The position numbers and the translations under genes are program-made. Source: Azolla caroliniana (lineage: Eukaryota > Plantae > Polypodiophyta). Taken from it: a DNA stretch of 64,000 bases. A model generated the notes under the pieces. It worked only from the letters and a program-made list of their open reading frames with translations, was not told where the DNA came from and made no database searches. Each line of letters begins with the position of its first letter. The first letter of the stretch is position 1. Positions 1 through 11,583 of the stretch are shown here, in pieces. The DNA is taken from the NCBI GenBank assembly GCA_043228905.1, contig JBHGNT010000009.1, forward strand, positions 1,240,001 to 1,304,000, given 5' to 3'.

Positions 1-585
1 AACACCGACTCATGCACACACACACAACCCGGCTCATGCCTTATGTACAGAAGACGCAGGAAAAGGGGTAGCACCCGACACCAACAAAGACGCCAATATA
101 CACAGATAGATGCAACGTATATATATATATATATATAGAAGAATACATTCCCGGCTTCGAGCCGGACCAAGGCAGGTTACAGTAGTCATCAGCTGCCAAG
201 CCGCCGGTCGGGGAGCTCACGGGCTCGTTGCGCCGAGCGGGGTCTTACACAGGAGATGAGCTGCAACAAACCCTAAATGAATACGAAGGAGAAGAAGAAG
301 AAGAAGCTAACCCTAAACCTAATGGTATACCCTCTAATGCAAAATGGGCAACCCTCTCACAGAGGGCGTTCCCTTCCTTTTATAGAACAAGGACAGGGAT
401 GCGTTACAATGTGGGACAAATCCCGCCTTACATGGGATCGTCTGCCCCGATTTGACTACTCTTCGGCGCCATAAAGGCGCCCTCGATATTCACACTAAAT
501 GTACATGGGTGCGTACACACGCTGCACCCCGCCGATGTAGCAAATGTTTTCCGATTTCCGCCTCTGACCGAAATTCTTCACGACA
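1..585 (-). repeat. 3' LTR of element B (partial)
   Basis: Matches about 10983-11583. Abuts the PPT. Contains (TA)n and AACCCTAAA motifs. Confidence 0.9.
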
Positions 586-1964
586 TCCGCCCCCACCTAA
601 CCGCACATCCACCGGTTCAAGGGTGAGATTTTTCGGCCGGTGAGAAACCGGTCTTCCGTGATCCGCATCTCGGCATGCTGCCGGTTTGATCCGTCGGCTT
701 CGAGTCTTCCTTCGCGCTCGCCTCCCCGTAGGCTCGTTCGACCCGTCGATGGGTCCTCTGCCGCGATCTTCGTAGTACGCGTATTTCCGTTGGCCCTTGT
801 TTGGCCGTATGAACGCCCCGCTTCCCGCCGTATGCCCGATGTCCTCCGCTTGAGGCATGCCCGTAGTGGCCTGCTTGGCCTTCGTTGTCCAATCGCGATG
901 TCCCGATGGTGTTTCCTATTGCCTTCGTCATTCCGCCGCCACCTCCCTTCTCCACGGTCTTACATCGCCGCGTCGGCTCGAACCGCCATGGTCTCCAGAA
1001 CGGTGTGGGGATCCCTTTCCGGTCTTCTCCGCGATACCTCCGAACCGCGCAACCTATCTCCACATTCACCTTTCCGCTCCGGCACCTCCGTGTGCCATGT
1101 ACCCTCGCCCGTTGTTTGACACCGCTTGTGTCGCACTCCTTGTTGGCCCCCTTTCCGGCTAGATCGTGCATCGCCGCTCACCCGCATACCGGTGTCCTTT
1201 GCATCCGAGGAACACCCCGGAGTAGCCCGCTTGACCCTTCTCGTCTTCGTGCTGCCGCGATAGGTCCTGAGTCTTCCGCTTGCCGTCGTCCCCTCGCCCC
1301 CACTAGCTTGTCATCCCGGCTTGCCGTGTCAGTCTTCACTACTTCGACAGAGCTACCGAGATCTACGAAGCGAGTGTGGAGGATCCTCCTCCGGCCTCTC
1401 TTGCCATCCCCTGACTCCGACCCTGTGTAGTCCACTAGGCACTCGTCACCTCGTTCCCGGCACCTCCCTTGTGGCGTCTTCCGCTTCCTTTGTTCGGCCC
1501 CGCCCGCGCCGAACACCGTCCTGTAGTCACGCTTCGATCCGGCCCGCGATGGCCACTTGCGAGACTCTTGTTCTATCCCGGGTGTGCCTTTCTGGTCCAA
1601 CACACCTCCCCGTGTTTGCCCCTACCGGCTCCTTCCGAATCCTCGTGTCGTCGGGTCCCGTTCCCTGCTGCCACCGTCCTTCTCCCTCGGTCTCACGTTG
1701 CCACGTTGGCCGAACTGCCGGAGTCTCCGGATCGGTGTGAGGGTTCCATAGGACCGGACTCCGTTTCTATGCTTGCCGAAATTCGGGTGACTTTTGTTTG
1801 AGTCCCTCCCGGACTCTCCTCGTGTCTTCCGCGTAGTTGGGTCCCGTTTCCCGCCGCCACCAACCTTCTCTCTCGGTCTCATGTTGCCACGTTGGCCGAA
1901 CTGCCGGAGTCTCTGGTTAAGTGTGGGGATCCCGTAGGACCGGACTTCCTTGCGCCCATTTTCT

Positions 1965-2185
1965 TTGTCACCTCGCCGCCACCGTCAGTATCTTGGTCTT
2001 ATGTCGACCGCGTCGCCGACTGCCGAAGTCTCTAGAACCGGTGTGAAGGATCCTCCGTAGACTGCCCATCCGTAGCCCTCGCCTTCGTCACCTCGCCGCC
2101 ACCGTCAGTATCTTGGTCTTACGTCGACCGCGTTGCCGACTGCCGAAGTCTCTAGAACCGTTGTAAAGGATCCTCCGTAGGCCGC
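1965..2185. repeat. About 120-bp tandem duplication in the non-coding 3' region of element B
   Basis: GTCACCTCGCCGCCACCGTCAGTATCTTGGTCTTA...GGATCCTCCGTAG occurs twice. Reverse-complement homologs lie at 55670-56290 and about 63300-63390. Confidence 0.85.
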
Positions 2186-2812
2186 TAATTTGTCTTCCCG
2201 ACCCTGTCCTGGGTCGTCCTTTTCCGCATGCCGAGAGGGCGTTTTGTTCCGCACCCTCTCCCGTGGTACCGACGTACCGTGTCCTCGGCCTCTTCGTAGG
2301 CCTGCTCTCTTCCTCCCTCCCGAAATGGTCATCCGGGAGTCCGCTCCACCCGGTTCTCGCTCGGGTCCGTTCGTCATTCTCCGGATTGCCGAGTCCCGTT
2401 CTCCTGTCGCCACCGATCTCCTGCAGCTGGATCGGTGTAAGGAATCCCATAGGACTGGCTTTCATTCTCCTTCCAAATCTCGACCTTCGCCCGGTCGGTC
2501 TTTCTCCCCACGTAAAAGAGGGCAGCTCGTCCCGCACCCCCTCCCGTATCGGCACCTTTATGCCGAGTCCGGCCTCGATCCAACGACCCACGACCGGATC
2601 ACGCTCCACCCGTATCGGAATGCCGATCTCCTCGTGCCGTGTCCGTCCTCGGCCGTCTCCCATCCTTCTTCGCTGGCATCGTGCCAGGACTCCTCGGAAC
2701 CGCCATCCATCTCCTCGGTCTTACACGGGCATACGGGCCCAATTGCCGAGTTCTCCGGAATCGGGTCCGTGGGCTTTCGTCCGCTCCTTCCCCGTATCGT
2801 CTCGCCGGTGAT

Positions 2813-3985
2813 TCATGGCCTTTTGCCGCCGCCTTCCTCCGCTTGGGACTCACGTGGGCACTCGGGCCCGACTGCCATGGTTTCGGGAGCAAGTGTGGCA
2901 AGACTCAGAGAATCGCCCGTCCATTTTACGCCCTTGTCCGTAGCCACCGACTCTTCGTGGTCGGCGGTCGTCTTCCTATCGATCGCGCAAGCCCTGTCTC
3001 GGCTCGCTTCTCCCGTGACCGGGATCTCGGGGTGACACGCCCGAAACCGTTGGTCCCAACGTTCCGGTTCCGCGATCTGTATCTCGGCCTCGTCCTTGGC
3101 CGTTCTATCTCCGCAAGTCGAGAGGGCGTTTCGTTCCGCACCCTCTCCCGTGGTACCGTGGTACCGATCTTCCGCCGTCTTGTGGGGGAAGCCCGCCTTC
3201 TCAGTCTGGGCTTGCGGCGTCCGTCTTTCCTCTTCCTCGATCATCGCCTCGAGAGCTGCGTATGCCTCCTCAATCCTGGCCCCAATGCCGACCATCGCCG
3301 ACTCTCTTTGCCGTTCGGCCTCTTCCCGCTGTGATGGCACGCCGTCACGCCCCTTCCTCTTAGCCTTTTCAGCTCGCTCATCATCTAGCCGTTGGCACAA
3401 CCTTCCGACCTTCGACCAGTCCTCCGTAAGCCCATTCGCTCCATCATCGTCTTCGAGTTCAATCCCAATGGCTTCCCATTCCGCTCAGTCAATCGACCTG
3501 ACGAACAATAGGACCTTGTCCGCCCCCACCAAACCTTGTTCCCGCTCCGGGAGCCGAGCAAGCCGTCGCTCGAACTCTCGGAACGCCTTCGTTGCACCCC
3601 GGTGGGTTTTTGTTGTTGCTACCCACTGGTCGAAATTGTGTCGTCCCCGGCTCTTCCGCCGTCCTCCGTATGCCTTCAAGAGCGCCTCTTCGAAGGCCTC
3701 CCACGAACTATGAGCCTCACGGAGCTCCTTTACTTCCGCATGCATCCGGACAGCTACGACCCGACGGAAGAACTCCAGCCTCAACGCCTCGTCTATGCCA
3801 CGCTCCTCCATTTCCGCGTTGTAGGCTTCCAGGTAAGATGGGACTTTGTCCCCGTTGAAACGGCCGACTCTTTCGACCACTCGCTCAACCGCTTGTTGCG
3901 CTGCTTCTCGCCTCATCACCACTCGTGCCGACTCCAACACCACTTTGGCCACCATCTCCGCAAGGTCGTCGTCTTCCGACTCCAT
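2813..3985 (-). pseudogene. Degenerate gag of element B
   Basis: ORF 3485-3985 (VGRFNGDKVPSYLEAYNAEM...VLLFVRSID) aligns with element A gag (IGRFSGKDVTSYLASYRAEM...VLLFVKSVH). It starts just after the PBS and continues past a stop. Confidence 0.75.
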
Positions 3986-4000
3986 CCTCCCTTGCCGCCT

Positions 4001-4018
4001 TTCACGTCGGGTTCACCA
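4001..4018 (-). promoter_or_regulatory. Primer-binding site complementary to tRNA-Trp (element B)
   Basis: Minus strand TGGTGAACCCGACGTGAA, 4 nt from the LTR end. It matches the plant tRNA-Trp 3' end ...TTCACGTCGGGTTCACCA, recalled from memory. Confidence 0.8.
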
Positions 4019-4040
4019 AATATGTCGCGTCATTATGCGC

Positions 4041-4688
4041 TGTCGCGTTACTTCGCGCGTGCGTGGAGAAACGAGGCGGGACCACCGGGGTCTTGGACCG
4101 AAGAGCAGGTGATAGAAGGGGAATGAGAGAGAGAGACGCCCTGTCACGTATGGGTAAGAAACACAGGGGCACGACCCCTCAACACAGAAGACACGAATGG
4201 ACACAGAGACAGGGAGACACAAGTGTTTGTATATTAACGAGTATCAAATACACAATATACCACGTGAGCGGCTACAACCGAGCAGGCCGGCGAACAGATG
4301 TCGATGCCTGCTCGTCTGCGCACGAAAAGGGGGAAAGGGTGGAGGTGCTGCCGGAAGCACACGGGCGTTCCTTGAAGCAGCGCGAGCCTCCCGAAAACCC
4401 TACAGAGAAGAGCGATAGAGAATGAATCCGAGGAGAAGCGTCCGGTTCTGGTCCGACAACACTTCGTCCTCCTTAATGCACGATACTTTCTCCCTGCGTC
4501 TCCCTCTCCTTTATAGCTTCAAGAAGGGCGCCGTCTCCCTCATTTACTCCCCACCTACCGAATCAAACTACCCAGATATGCCTTTGTACTTGATCCCCTA
4601 GTATATACATTAAGGGCGCTCACACGTGAAGAGCCGGTTCACGCGCGCTATGCACCGATTGCGCCAAGGGACGGTTTTCTTCACGACA
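4041..4688 (-). repeat. 3' LTR of element A
   Basis: TGTCGCG...CACGACA, direct repeat of 10192-10839, adjacent to the PPT. Confidence 0.92.
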
Positions 4689-4699
4689 TCCGCCCCCAC

Positions 4700-7600
4700 C
4701 TAACCGCGCATCCACCGGTATGCGCCAAAATTGGGTTCTGCTTGGAGAAAACCGGCCCGGGTTCTGTTTTCTTCGTCCATCGGTTCGTCCTCTGTTTCGG
4801 ACTGTTCGCCTTCGCTGTCCAGGCCTCCTAGATCCGGTTCGTCGTCGTGGCGCTTCTTGAATGCTTTGATCCGCTTCCCTGCTACTGGCATCGCCATCCT
4901 CATACCGTCGAGTTCCACCAGGTGATACGTCCCGTTGTCGTTGGCGCTCGTTACCACGTAAGGCCCGAACCACCGCTTCGCAAACTTCCACGTTGCTCGG
5001 TGCTGGTTGTCGAGGCTGCTGTCATAGACTAGCACCCAGTCGCCTTCCTCGATTTTCTTTGGCCGGAGCCGGGTGTGTATACGCGCCGCTAGCAGTTCTT
5101 CCCGACCCATCTCGTCTCTCCAGTCGTGGCCAGTTCCCGACCTGTCCTTCGCACGCCCGGACTAGCGCTTTGATGATTGGCCCGTGCCCGCGCTCCACCT
5201 TCCCGTTTGCCTCCGGATTGTACGCCGTGGTGAGCGAGAGCTTGACCCCTAACCGGTCGAACAGCTCCTCGGCCTCTTCGGCGTCCAACTCCACTCAGTG
5301 AGCCATGATCTTCCCGACGCACCCGTACCGGCATATCACGTCCCGATCAGGAACCGACACACGGCCGCGGTCGTTTTGTTCTGCAGGGCTCGGCCTTCCA
5401 CCTGGTTCGTCAGTTCCTCCCGGGCCAGTACCAGATATCGCATCTGCCCTACGCCCATCGGCATCGTCACCATATCTACCATCCATTTGAAGTGGATGGC
5501 CGGAGGGTATGTAGGGTGAAGCTCGTCCCGATGTCGGACTATGGAGTGCATCTGACAGCTCTCACAAGTTGTCACGAACCGATGCACGTCCCGGTACAGT
5601 CCCGGCCACCAGTACTTCCCCTTTAGTTTCTCGAACGTGGCCCATGTTCCACAGTGTCCAGCCCAGGGGTTGTCGTGGTAGGCCTTCAGCAGCTCCTCCT
5701 GTTCTTCCTTCATCGCCACCACTCGGAGCGGGATGCCGTTTCTCTTCTTCGGGTGCTTCCACAAGTATCCACCCCGGAGAAAGAATCGGTACGCTTTCTT
5801 CCGGATCCGGTTGCCTCGTCCTTTGTCCATGACGCGTCCGCCGTCATTGTCCTTAAGAAACCTCCAATCTGTAGCCACTCCCCGTTGTACTTGCTCTCGT
5901 CGAAATCGTTAAGCGCCGGAGTGCTCCCTCTCTTAGTTGTTATGTAAGCCGTCTCGAAGAAGTCTATGCCGACTTCCTCGTCCTCCGAAACCATGCCGCC
6001 CTCATCGTTGAATTGCGCCCTCGAAAGCATGTCGGCCATGACATTGTGTTTCCCGGAAATGTATCGTATTTCCGGATCTAGGGACTTGATGTACGCTATC
6101 CACCTGAGCATCGCCAGGTCCGGGGTTGCGCATCCGGAAACCATGCCGAGAATCGGCAGGCAGTCTGTCTCGATAATCACTTCTGTCCCTATCAGATAGT
6201 CTTTATCGGCCTTCACCGGCGAAACGATACCCCAAAGTTCGCGTTTAACCTGGGCGTATCCTCGCTGTCGCTCGCTGAGGACCTTCGCATCGAACCAGAT
6301 TGGGAACCGAATGTCGTCCTCATCTTCTTGGTTGACGACCCATCCGATCCCGGTCGGACTCGTATCTACCGTTATGTAGATGGGAGTGCCTTTCTTGTAG
6401 ACAGTCTTCCGGAGTGCCGGTGCTGCAGAAAGAGCCTCCTTCATCTTTCGGACCGACTCCGCATGCTCGTCTCGCCACTCGAATTTTCGCCCCTTTTTCA
6501 GCAACCCGTATAGCGGCTCGGCAATGTGGGCGTAATGTGGGATCCATATGTGGTAGAACGTGCATGCTCCCAAAAACCTCCGTACCTCCGTGACCGAGTT
6601 ACAGTCGGGCTTCATTGAGGAGATGGCTTCCACCTTAGCCGGAGACGGTTTCCGGCCATACGGCCCACATAGATGTCCGACGACCATGATCTCTGATTGC
6701 CCGAAGGCTGATTTCTCCCGGAGAAGGTGAGCCTCGCGTCCTCTAGCCTCTGCAGCACCCTCTCGCAGTCGTCAATGTGTGTCACCACGAATTTCTGGCA
6801 TCCGTCCGGTCCAACCGTTTCGTCCTTTTCCTCCACCGGACATCCCTTGATCGGGATGTCGTCCAAGAATGGCATGGTGATGTCCGGGATACAATCCCTC
6901 AGCACCTTGTTCATTGCATTCACCATGTGGGCCACCGAGTTCGTTCCTCCTTGTGGCAGGGTGCACATCCGCACTAGGCCGAGAGGAGTCCGCATCGTCG
7001 TAATGTCTCTACTCTCTACGGCTAGTTGGAACTGATCGTACTCCGAGTACAGATCACCGACCGAGTAGATCGACCTTCCGGCGAAGGCCTCCGCGAACTC
7101 GTCTATCGTTGGTCCGATTCCTGCGTTCCGAATGGTCACTCTGTTGACCGGTTGCAGGTCTTGAATGAAGCGCAACATCCCGTTCTTCTTCGGTACGGTA
7201 AACCACCGGTTCGAGTATGGGGCACTCGACGGTTCGAGGATGCCCATATCGACTTTCTGCCTCAATAGCTCCATCAGCTCCGGGATGTGAGCTCTCGGTA
7301 CCGGAATCGGTTTGAGATTCCACGGCACATGCGGTACCGTGAATATCACCATCGGCTTTACGACTGTCGGGTCTACGCACCCGATTTCTTATGGTGAGAA
7401 TGTGAAGGCTTTCCCGTGCCTTCCGAGCATTCTCCGAAACCGGTCTTCTTCCGCCGGCAGTAGGAACCCGCCCCCACCGATTTTGAGCTCCCGTAGCGTT
7501 CTGTCGGTGAAGGTGTGTCCTATGCAGGCCGGATCTTGTAAACTGGGGTCCGACGCGACCCCCTTGATTCGCAACTCGCTGCCCTCCGGTAAGGGTGCCG

Positions 7601-8036
7601 CGACTGGCCTTACCTTTCGGTCCACAATCTTGTACTTCGTGTTAACCCGGGCCGTCCGTTCCGACTCGAGCCCTCGACCGAAGTCCGCGATGACTTCGTA
7701 CATTTCTTCTGAACAAACCGGTATCGTCCGGTCCTCTTTAAGGCCCTCTCCGACCACCTCTCACAGTATTCCCAAGGTATCGTCGAAGGAGACCGCCTCC
7801 ACGGCTCCGTTGATTTCCTCGCTGGGCCCGAGAACTCCGCACGCCCGAAGTCGCTCTTCCGTCCTTGTCTTTTCTCGGCCTACAACGCCGACTATCGTAC
7901 AACCTCCGTTGTCGGAGAAACAAAACTTCCTACTTATGGTACAAGGTTTCTTTGGCTTCGCTTCTATCGTACATTTGTGGGGTTTTCCTGGAGTGTCAGG
8001 ACTGTCGTGGCCCCACGCCTTTGCAGCCCTCTCTAA
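4700..8036 (-). pseudogene. pol (RT-RNaseH-integrase) of element A with stops and frameshifts
   Basis: RT LRFIQDLQPVN...PFLDD; RH VDTSPTGIG...ETDC...ADMLSR; INT H..H..CESC, YNPEANGKVER, WFGPY. Confidence 0.93.
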
Positions 8037-10174
8037 AAATCCTCTTGGTTCTCGCCTCCAAGGGACTCGCGGTTTCGCTCGTGGCTCGGTCGCACCGTCA
8101 GGAACTGGACCGAATGTCGCCCGTCCTGACTCTTGACCCTCGCGTAAGCCGACCCGTTATCCAGCACCTTGGTCTCCATTCGTGCTGCCGTAATGTACGG
8201 TTCTCCCAGTATGACCGGGTGCGAGAACATCTCTTGCACAAAGAAGTGCTGGTCTATCTCAACGTCGCTGATCTTGACTAGCACGTTTGGGCAGGCCCCG
8301 TGTAATTCCTCAGTGGCGCGCGTCGCCGCCTGTATCTTCCACCCGTGCTTAGTGTTGATCGGCCATTTCCCCTTCTTGTAGAACTCCATGGACATCAGGT
8401 TTATTTCCGAACCGTGGTCCACCATTGCCACCACGGGTTCCTGAACATCTCCGATCTTCACCGGGGTTTCCGTGGTCGCTCGAGCCCAGTGTGGCCTCGA
8501 ATAGTGGCTCTCCGCCCACTCGTCTTCCAGCGCCATGTCCTCTATGTGCGCCGTCCGCACCTCCACCGGTCTTTCCGGTTCTGCCTCCGTCGACAGCCTC
8601 TTCCTCTTCACCAAGTCCACGATGGAGTCGTGGAACTCCTTCTTGGCGATTCCGAGCACCTCCCGCAACGACAGTTCCACTTTGCTGTCGAGGATTCGTT
8701 CTTCCAGGACCTTTCGTAGGTCCGTGGTCCTTTCGATCTCCGTGCCCAAACGGTACCCGCCCTTCTTGTGGTTATCCCGGGCACTGGACTCACCGGCCTC
8801 GTTCCGTTTCAGCCTGAATCGGGTTTCGTATCTCCGTGAGGGTCCGGCCCCTCCGGTTTTACCTACCCGTTTGTCTTCAACCAGAGCCTCGTAGTTCTAG
8901 CAAGCTACTTCGACGAAACCCGTCTTTTCTTCGACCGGGTCACTCCACCCGGTTACCTCCTGGACCCGCTTCTCCGCACGGTCCGCCTCGTCTCTCTTTA
9001 GTCGGGCACCGGCGAGGCCTTCCAGCACCGTCGGCCAGAACTCGGCTTTGCTCTCCTTCCTAGCCTCACTGCCTCCGACCCGAATACCGGCTAACGCCGA
9101 CTAGTGGACGGTCTCCGCGTGCCGGGCCGCCGCCTCTTCCATCAGCCTTTTCATTCCTCCTCGCCCGTCGTTTCGGTTCAGGGCCCTCCGGGTATCGCTG
9201 GCGTGCAACCGACCTTCCCACAGGTACACTACCCAGCTCCTCAAAGCTTCCATAAAGTCCCCGCAGTCTTTCCGGACGTGGCCGACCTCGTCGCACCACA
9301 CACACCTACTTCCTGCCGGAGGCCGTCGGTCACGAGCCTGATCGCCACCTTCCCTCCGAGCCTGGGTGATCTGGAGATCCTTTACCGCTCGCGTCAACTC
9401 CTCTAGAGCTGTTCCCCCGAACGAGCCTCTGATCACGCCGGTCGAAGCCGAACCGGTCTCGAGCAACTCCCGGGTCTCTTCCCTTCGCGCCTGCGGTATC
9501 GGTTCGAGCTTCCTTGCTGCGACAGGTCCCGCCCCGGTCGCCTCTGTATCAGCCCACTCCCACCGCTTGTCAAAACGGCCACAGATTCTTTTTACCGCGG
9601 CCTAGTCGGCCGTCAGCCCGTCTTCAGTTTCCAGTAAGGAGCCAACTTGCCCCCAATCCCATGCGTGAACCGATTTGACAAACAACAGGACACGACTTGT
9701 GTCCAGAATGGTCCGATCGAGCGCTGAAAGGCGCGCAAAGCGTTCCTCAAACTCCCGGAGGAGTACCGATGCATTTCTTCCTTTGTTGGGGGACTCCACC
9801 CACTCCATGAAGCTCCGCTTCGAAAGTCGAAGCGCGTCATCCAGCCCGTATTTCTCCAAGAGCCGTCCTTCGAACTCCTCCCAGGTCCGGCTCTCCGCCC
9901 GGACCTCGAGCACCTCAGCATGGATGCCCGGCATCGCCACTTGAGGGAATCTGGCAAGACGCCTCTCTTCCGGAATATCCCTCATCAACATCTCCGCCCG
10001 GTAGGACGCCAAATAACTCGTGACATCCTTTCCACTGAACCGGCCGATCATACCGACGATCACCTCAATAGCCCTGTCAAGGGCGTTGGTGATCACTATC
10101 CGGTCCACGGCCGAAGCCATGGCCTTTGCAAGATCCGAACCCCTCATCTTCTGCTCCTCTGCCGCCTGTTTCAC
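8033..10174 (-). pseudogene. gag-protease of element A (one frame, a few point stops)
   Basis: ORFs starting at 10174, 9466 and 8749 are in frame. Zn knuckle CVWCDEVGHVRKDC; protease AMVDHGSEIN...VILGEPY. Confidence 0.88.
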
Positions 10175-10187
10175 GTCGGGTTCACCA
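10170..10187 (-). promoter_or_regulatory. tRNA-Trp PBS of element A
   Basis: TGGTGAACCCGACGTGAA on the minus strand next to the LTR. Confidence 0.8.
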
Positions 10188-10191
10188 AATA

Positions 10192-10839
10192 TGTCGCGTT
10201 ACTATGCGCGTGCATGGAGAAACGAGGCGGGACCACCGGGGTCTTGGACCGAAGAGCAGGTGATAGAAGGGGAATGAGAGAGAGAGACACCCTGTCACGT
10301 ATGGGTAAGAAACACAGGGGCATGGCCCCTCAACACAGAAGACGCGAATGGACACAGAGATAGGGAGTCACAAGTGTTTGTATATTAACGAGTATCAAAT
10401 ACACAACAGAGCACGCGAGCGGCTACAACCGAGTAGGCCGGCAAACAGATGCCAATGCCTCATTGTCTGCGCACAAACAGGGGGAAAGGGTGGAGGTGCT
10501 GCCGGAAGCACACGGGCGTTCCTCGAAGCAGCGCGAGCCTCCCGAAAACCCTGCAGAGAAGAGTGATAGAGAACGAATTTGAGGAGAAGCGTCCGGTTCC
10601 GGTCCGACAGCACTTCGTCCTCCTTAATGCACGATACTTTCTCCCTGCGTCTCCCTCTCCTTTATAGCTTCAAGAAGGGAGCCGTCTCCCTCATTTACTC
10701 CCCACCTACCGCATCTAACTACCCGGATATGCCTTTGTACTTGATCCCCTAGTATATACATTAAGGGCGCGCACACGTGAAGAGCCGGTTCACGCGCGCT
10801 ATGCACCGATTGCGCCAAAGGATGGTTTTCTTCATGACA
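10192..10839 (-). repeat. 5' LTR of element A
   Basis: Direct repeat of 4041-4688. Confidence 0.92.
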
Positions 10840-11583
10840 GCGCGTGCGTGGAGAAAGGCGGGACCACGAGGGTCTTGGACGAGGGAGTGATGGAGCGTAG
10901 AAGGTCGTGCTTCACCGTTCCTGGGGCATCCCAGAAACACATCGGAAGCAACCGAAGGGAGAAGGAGAGAGAGAGCGTGCTTAACATCGACTCACGCAGA
11001 CACACGCACACACACACAACCCGGCTCACGCCTTATGTATAGAAGACGCAGGAAAAGGGGTAGCACCCGACACCAACAAAGACGCCAATATACACAGATA
11101 GACGCAACGTATATATATATATATATATATATATAGAAGAATACATTCCCGGCTTCGAGCCGGACCAAGGCAGGTTACAGTAGTCGTCAGCTGCCAAGCC
11201 GCCGGTTGGGGATCTCATGTGCTCATCACGCCGAGCGGGGTCTTGCGCAGGAGATGAGCTGCATCAAACCCTAAACGAATACAAAGGAGAAGAAGAAGAA
11301 GAAGCTAACCCTAAACCTAATGGTATACCCTCTAATGCAAAATGGGCAACCCTCTCATAGAGGGCGTTCCCTTCCTTTTATAGAACAAGGACAGGGATTC
11401 GTTACAATGTGGGACAAATCCCGCCTTACATGGGATCGTCTACCCCGACTTGACTACTCTTTGGCGCCATAAAGGCGCCCTCGATATTCACACTAAATGT
11501 ACATGGGTGCGTACACACGCTGCACCCCGCCGATGTAGCCAATGTTTCCCGATGTCCGCCTCTGGCCGAAATTCTTCACGACA
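10840..11583 (-). repeat. 5' LTR of element B (its last 18 bp are displaced to 4023-4040)
   Basis: Matches 1-585. Rejoining across the GCGC TSD restores TGTCGCGTCATTATGCGCGTGCGTGGAGAAA. Confidence 0.88.

Larger units (their letters stand above)
4041..10839 (-). mobile_element. Full-length, mildly degenerate Phygy-like Ty3/Gypsy element A
   Basis: LTRs 4041-4688 and 10192-10839 (TG...CA), PPT 4689-4700, PBS about 10170-10187, 4-bp TSD GCGC (4037-4040 / 10840-10843). Domain order gag-PR-RT-RH-INT, no chromodomain. Confidence 0.92.
1..11583 (-). mobile_element. Non-autonomous Phygy-like Gypsy element B (left end outside the window), interrupted by element A
   Basis: LTR copies at 1-585 and 10840-11583 (plus 4023-4040) are near-identical and end ...TTCACGACA on +. 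PPT TCCGCCCCCACC at 586-597, tRNA-Trp PBS at about 4001-4018, gag remnant, no pol. Confidence 0.85.

Noticed and set aside
268-322. Telomere remnants in LTRs (also 11266-11320 and 54409-54511)
   Set aside because: Isolated telo-box motifs conserved as part of the LTRs, common in plant elements, not at junctions.
4023-4688. Shared-LTR tandem retrotransposon
   Set aside because: The GCGC TSD and split LTR B show it is a nested insertion.
2190-8894. Many long plus-strand ORFs (for example 7312-8136, 2190-3035)
   Set aside because: Antisense shadows of GC-rich retroelement sequence with no recognisable motifs.
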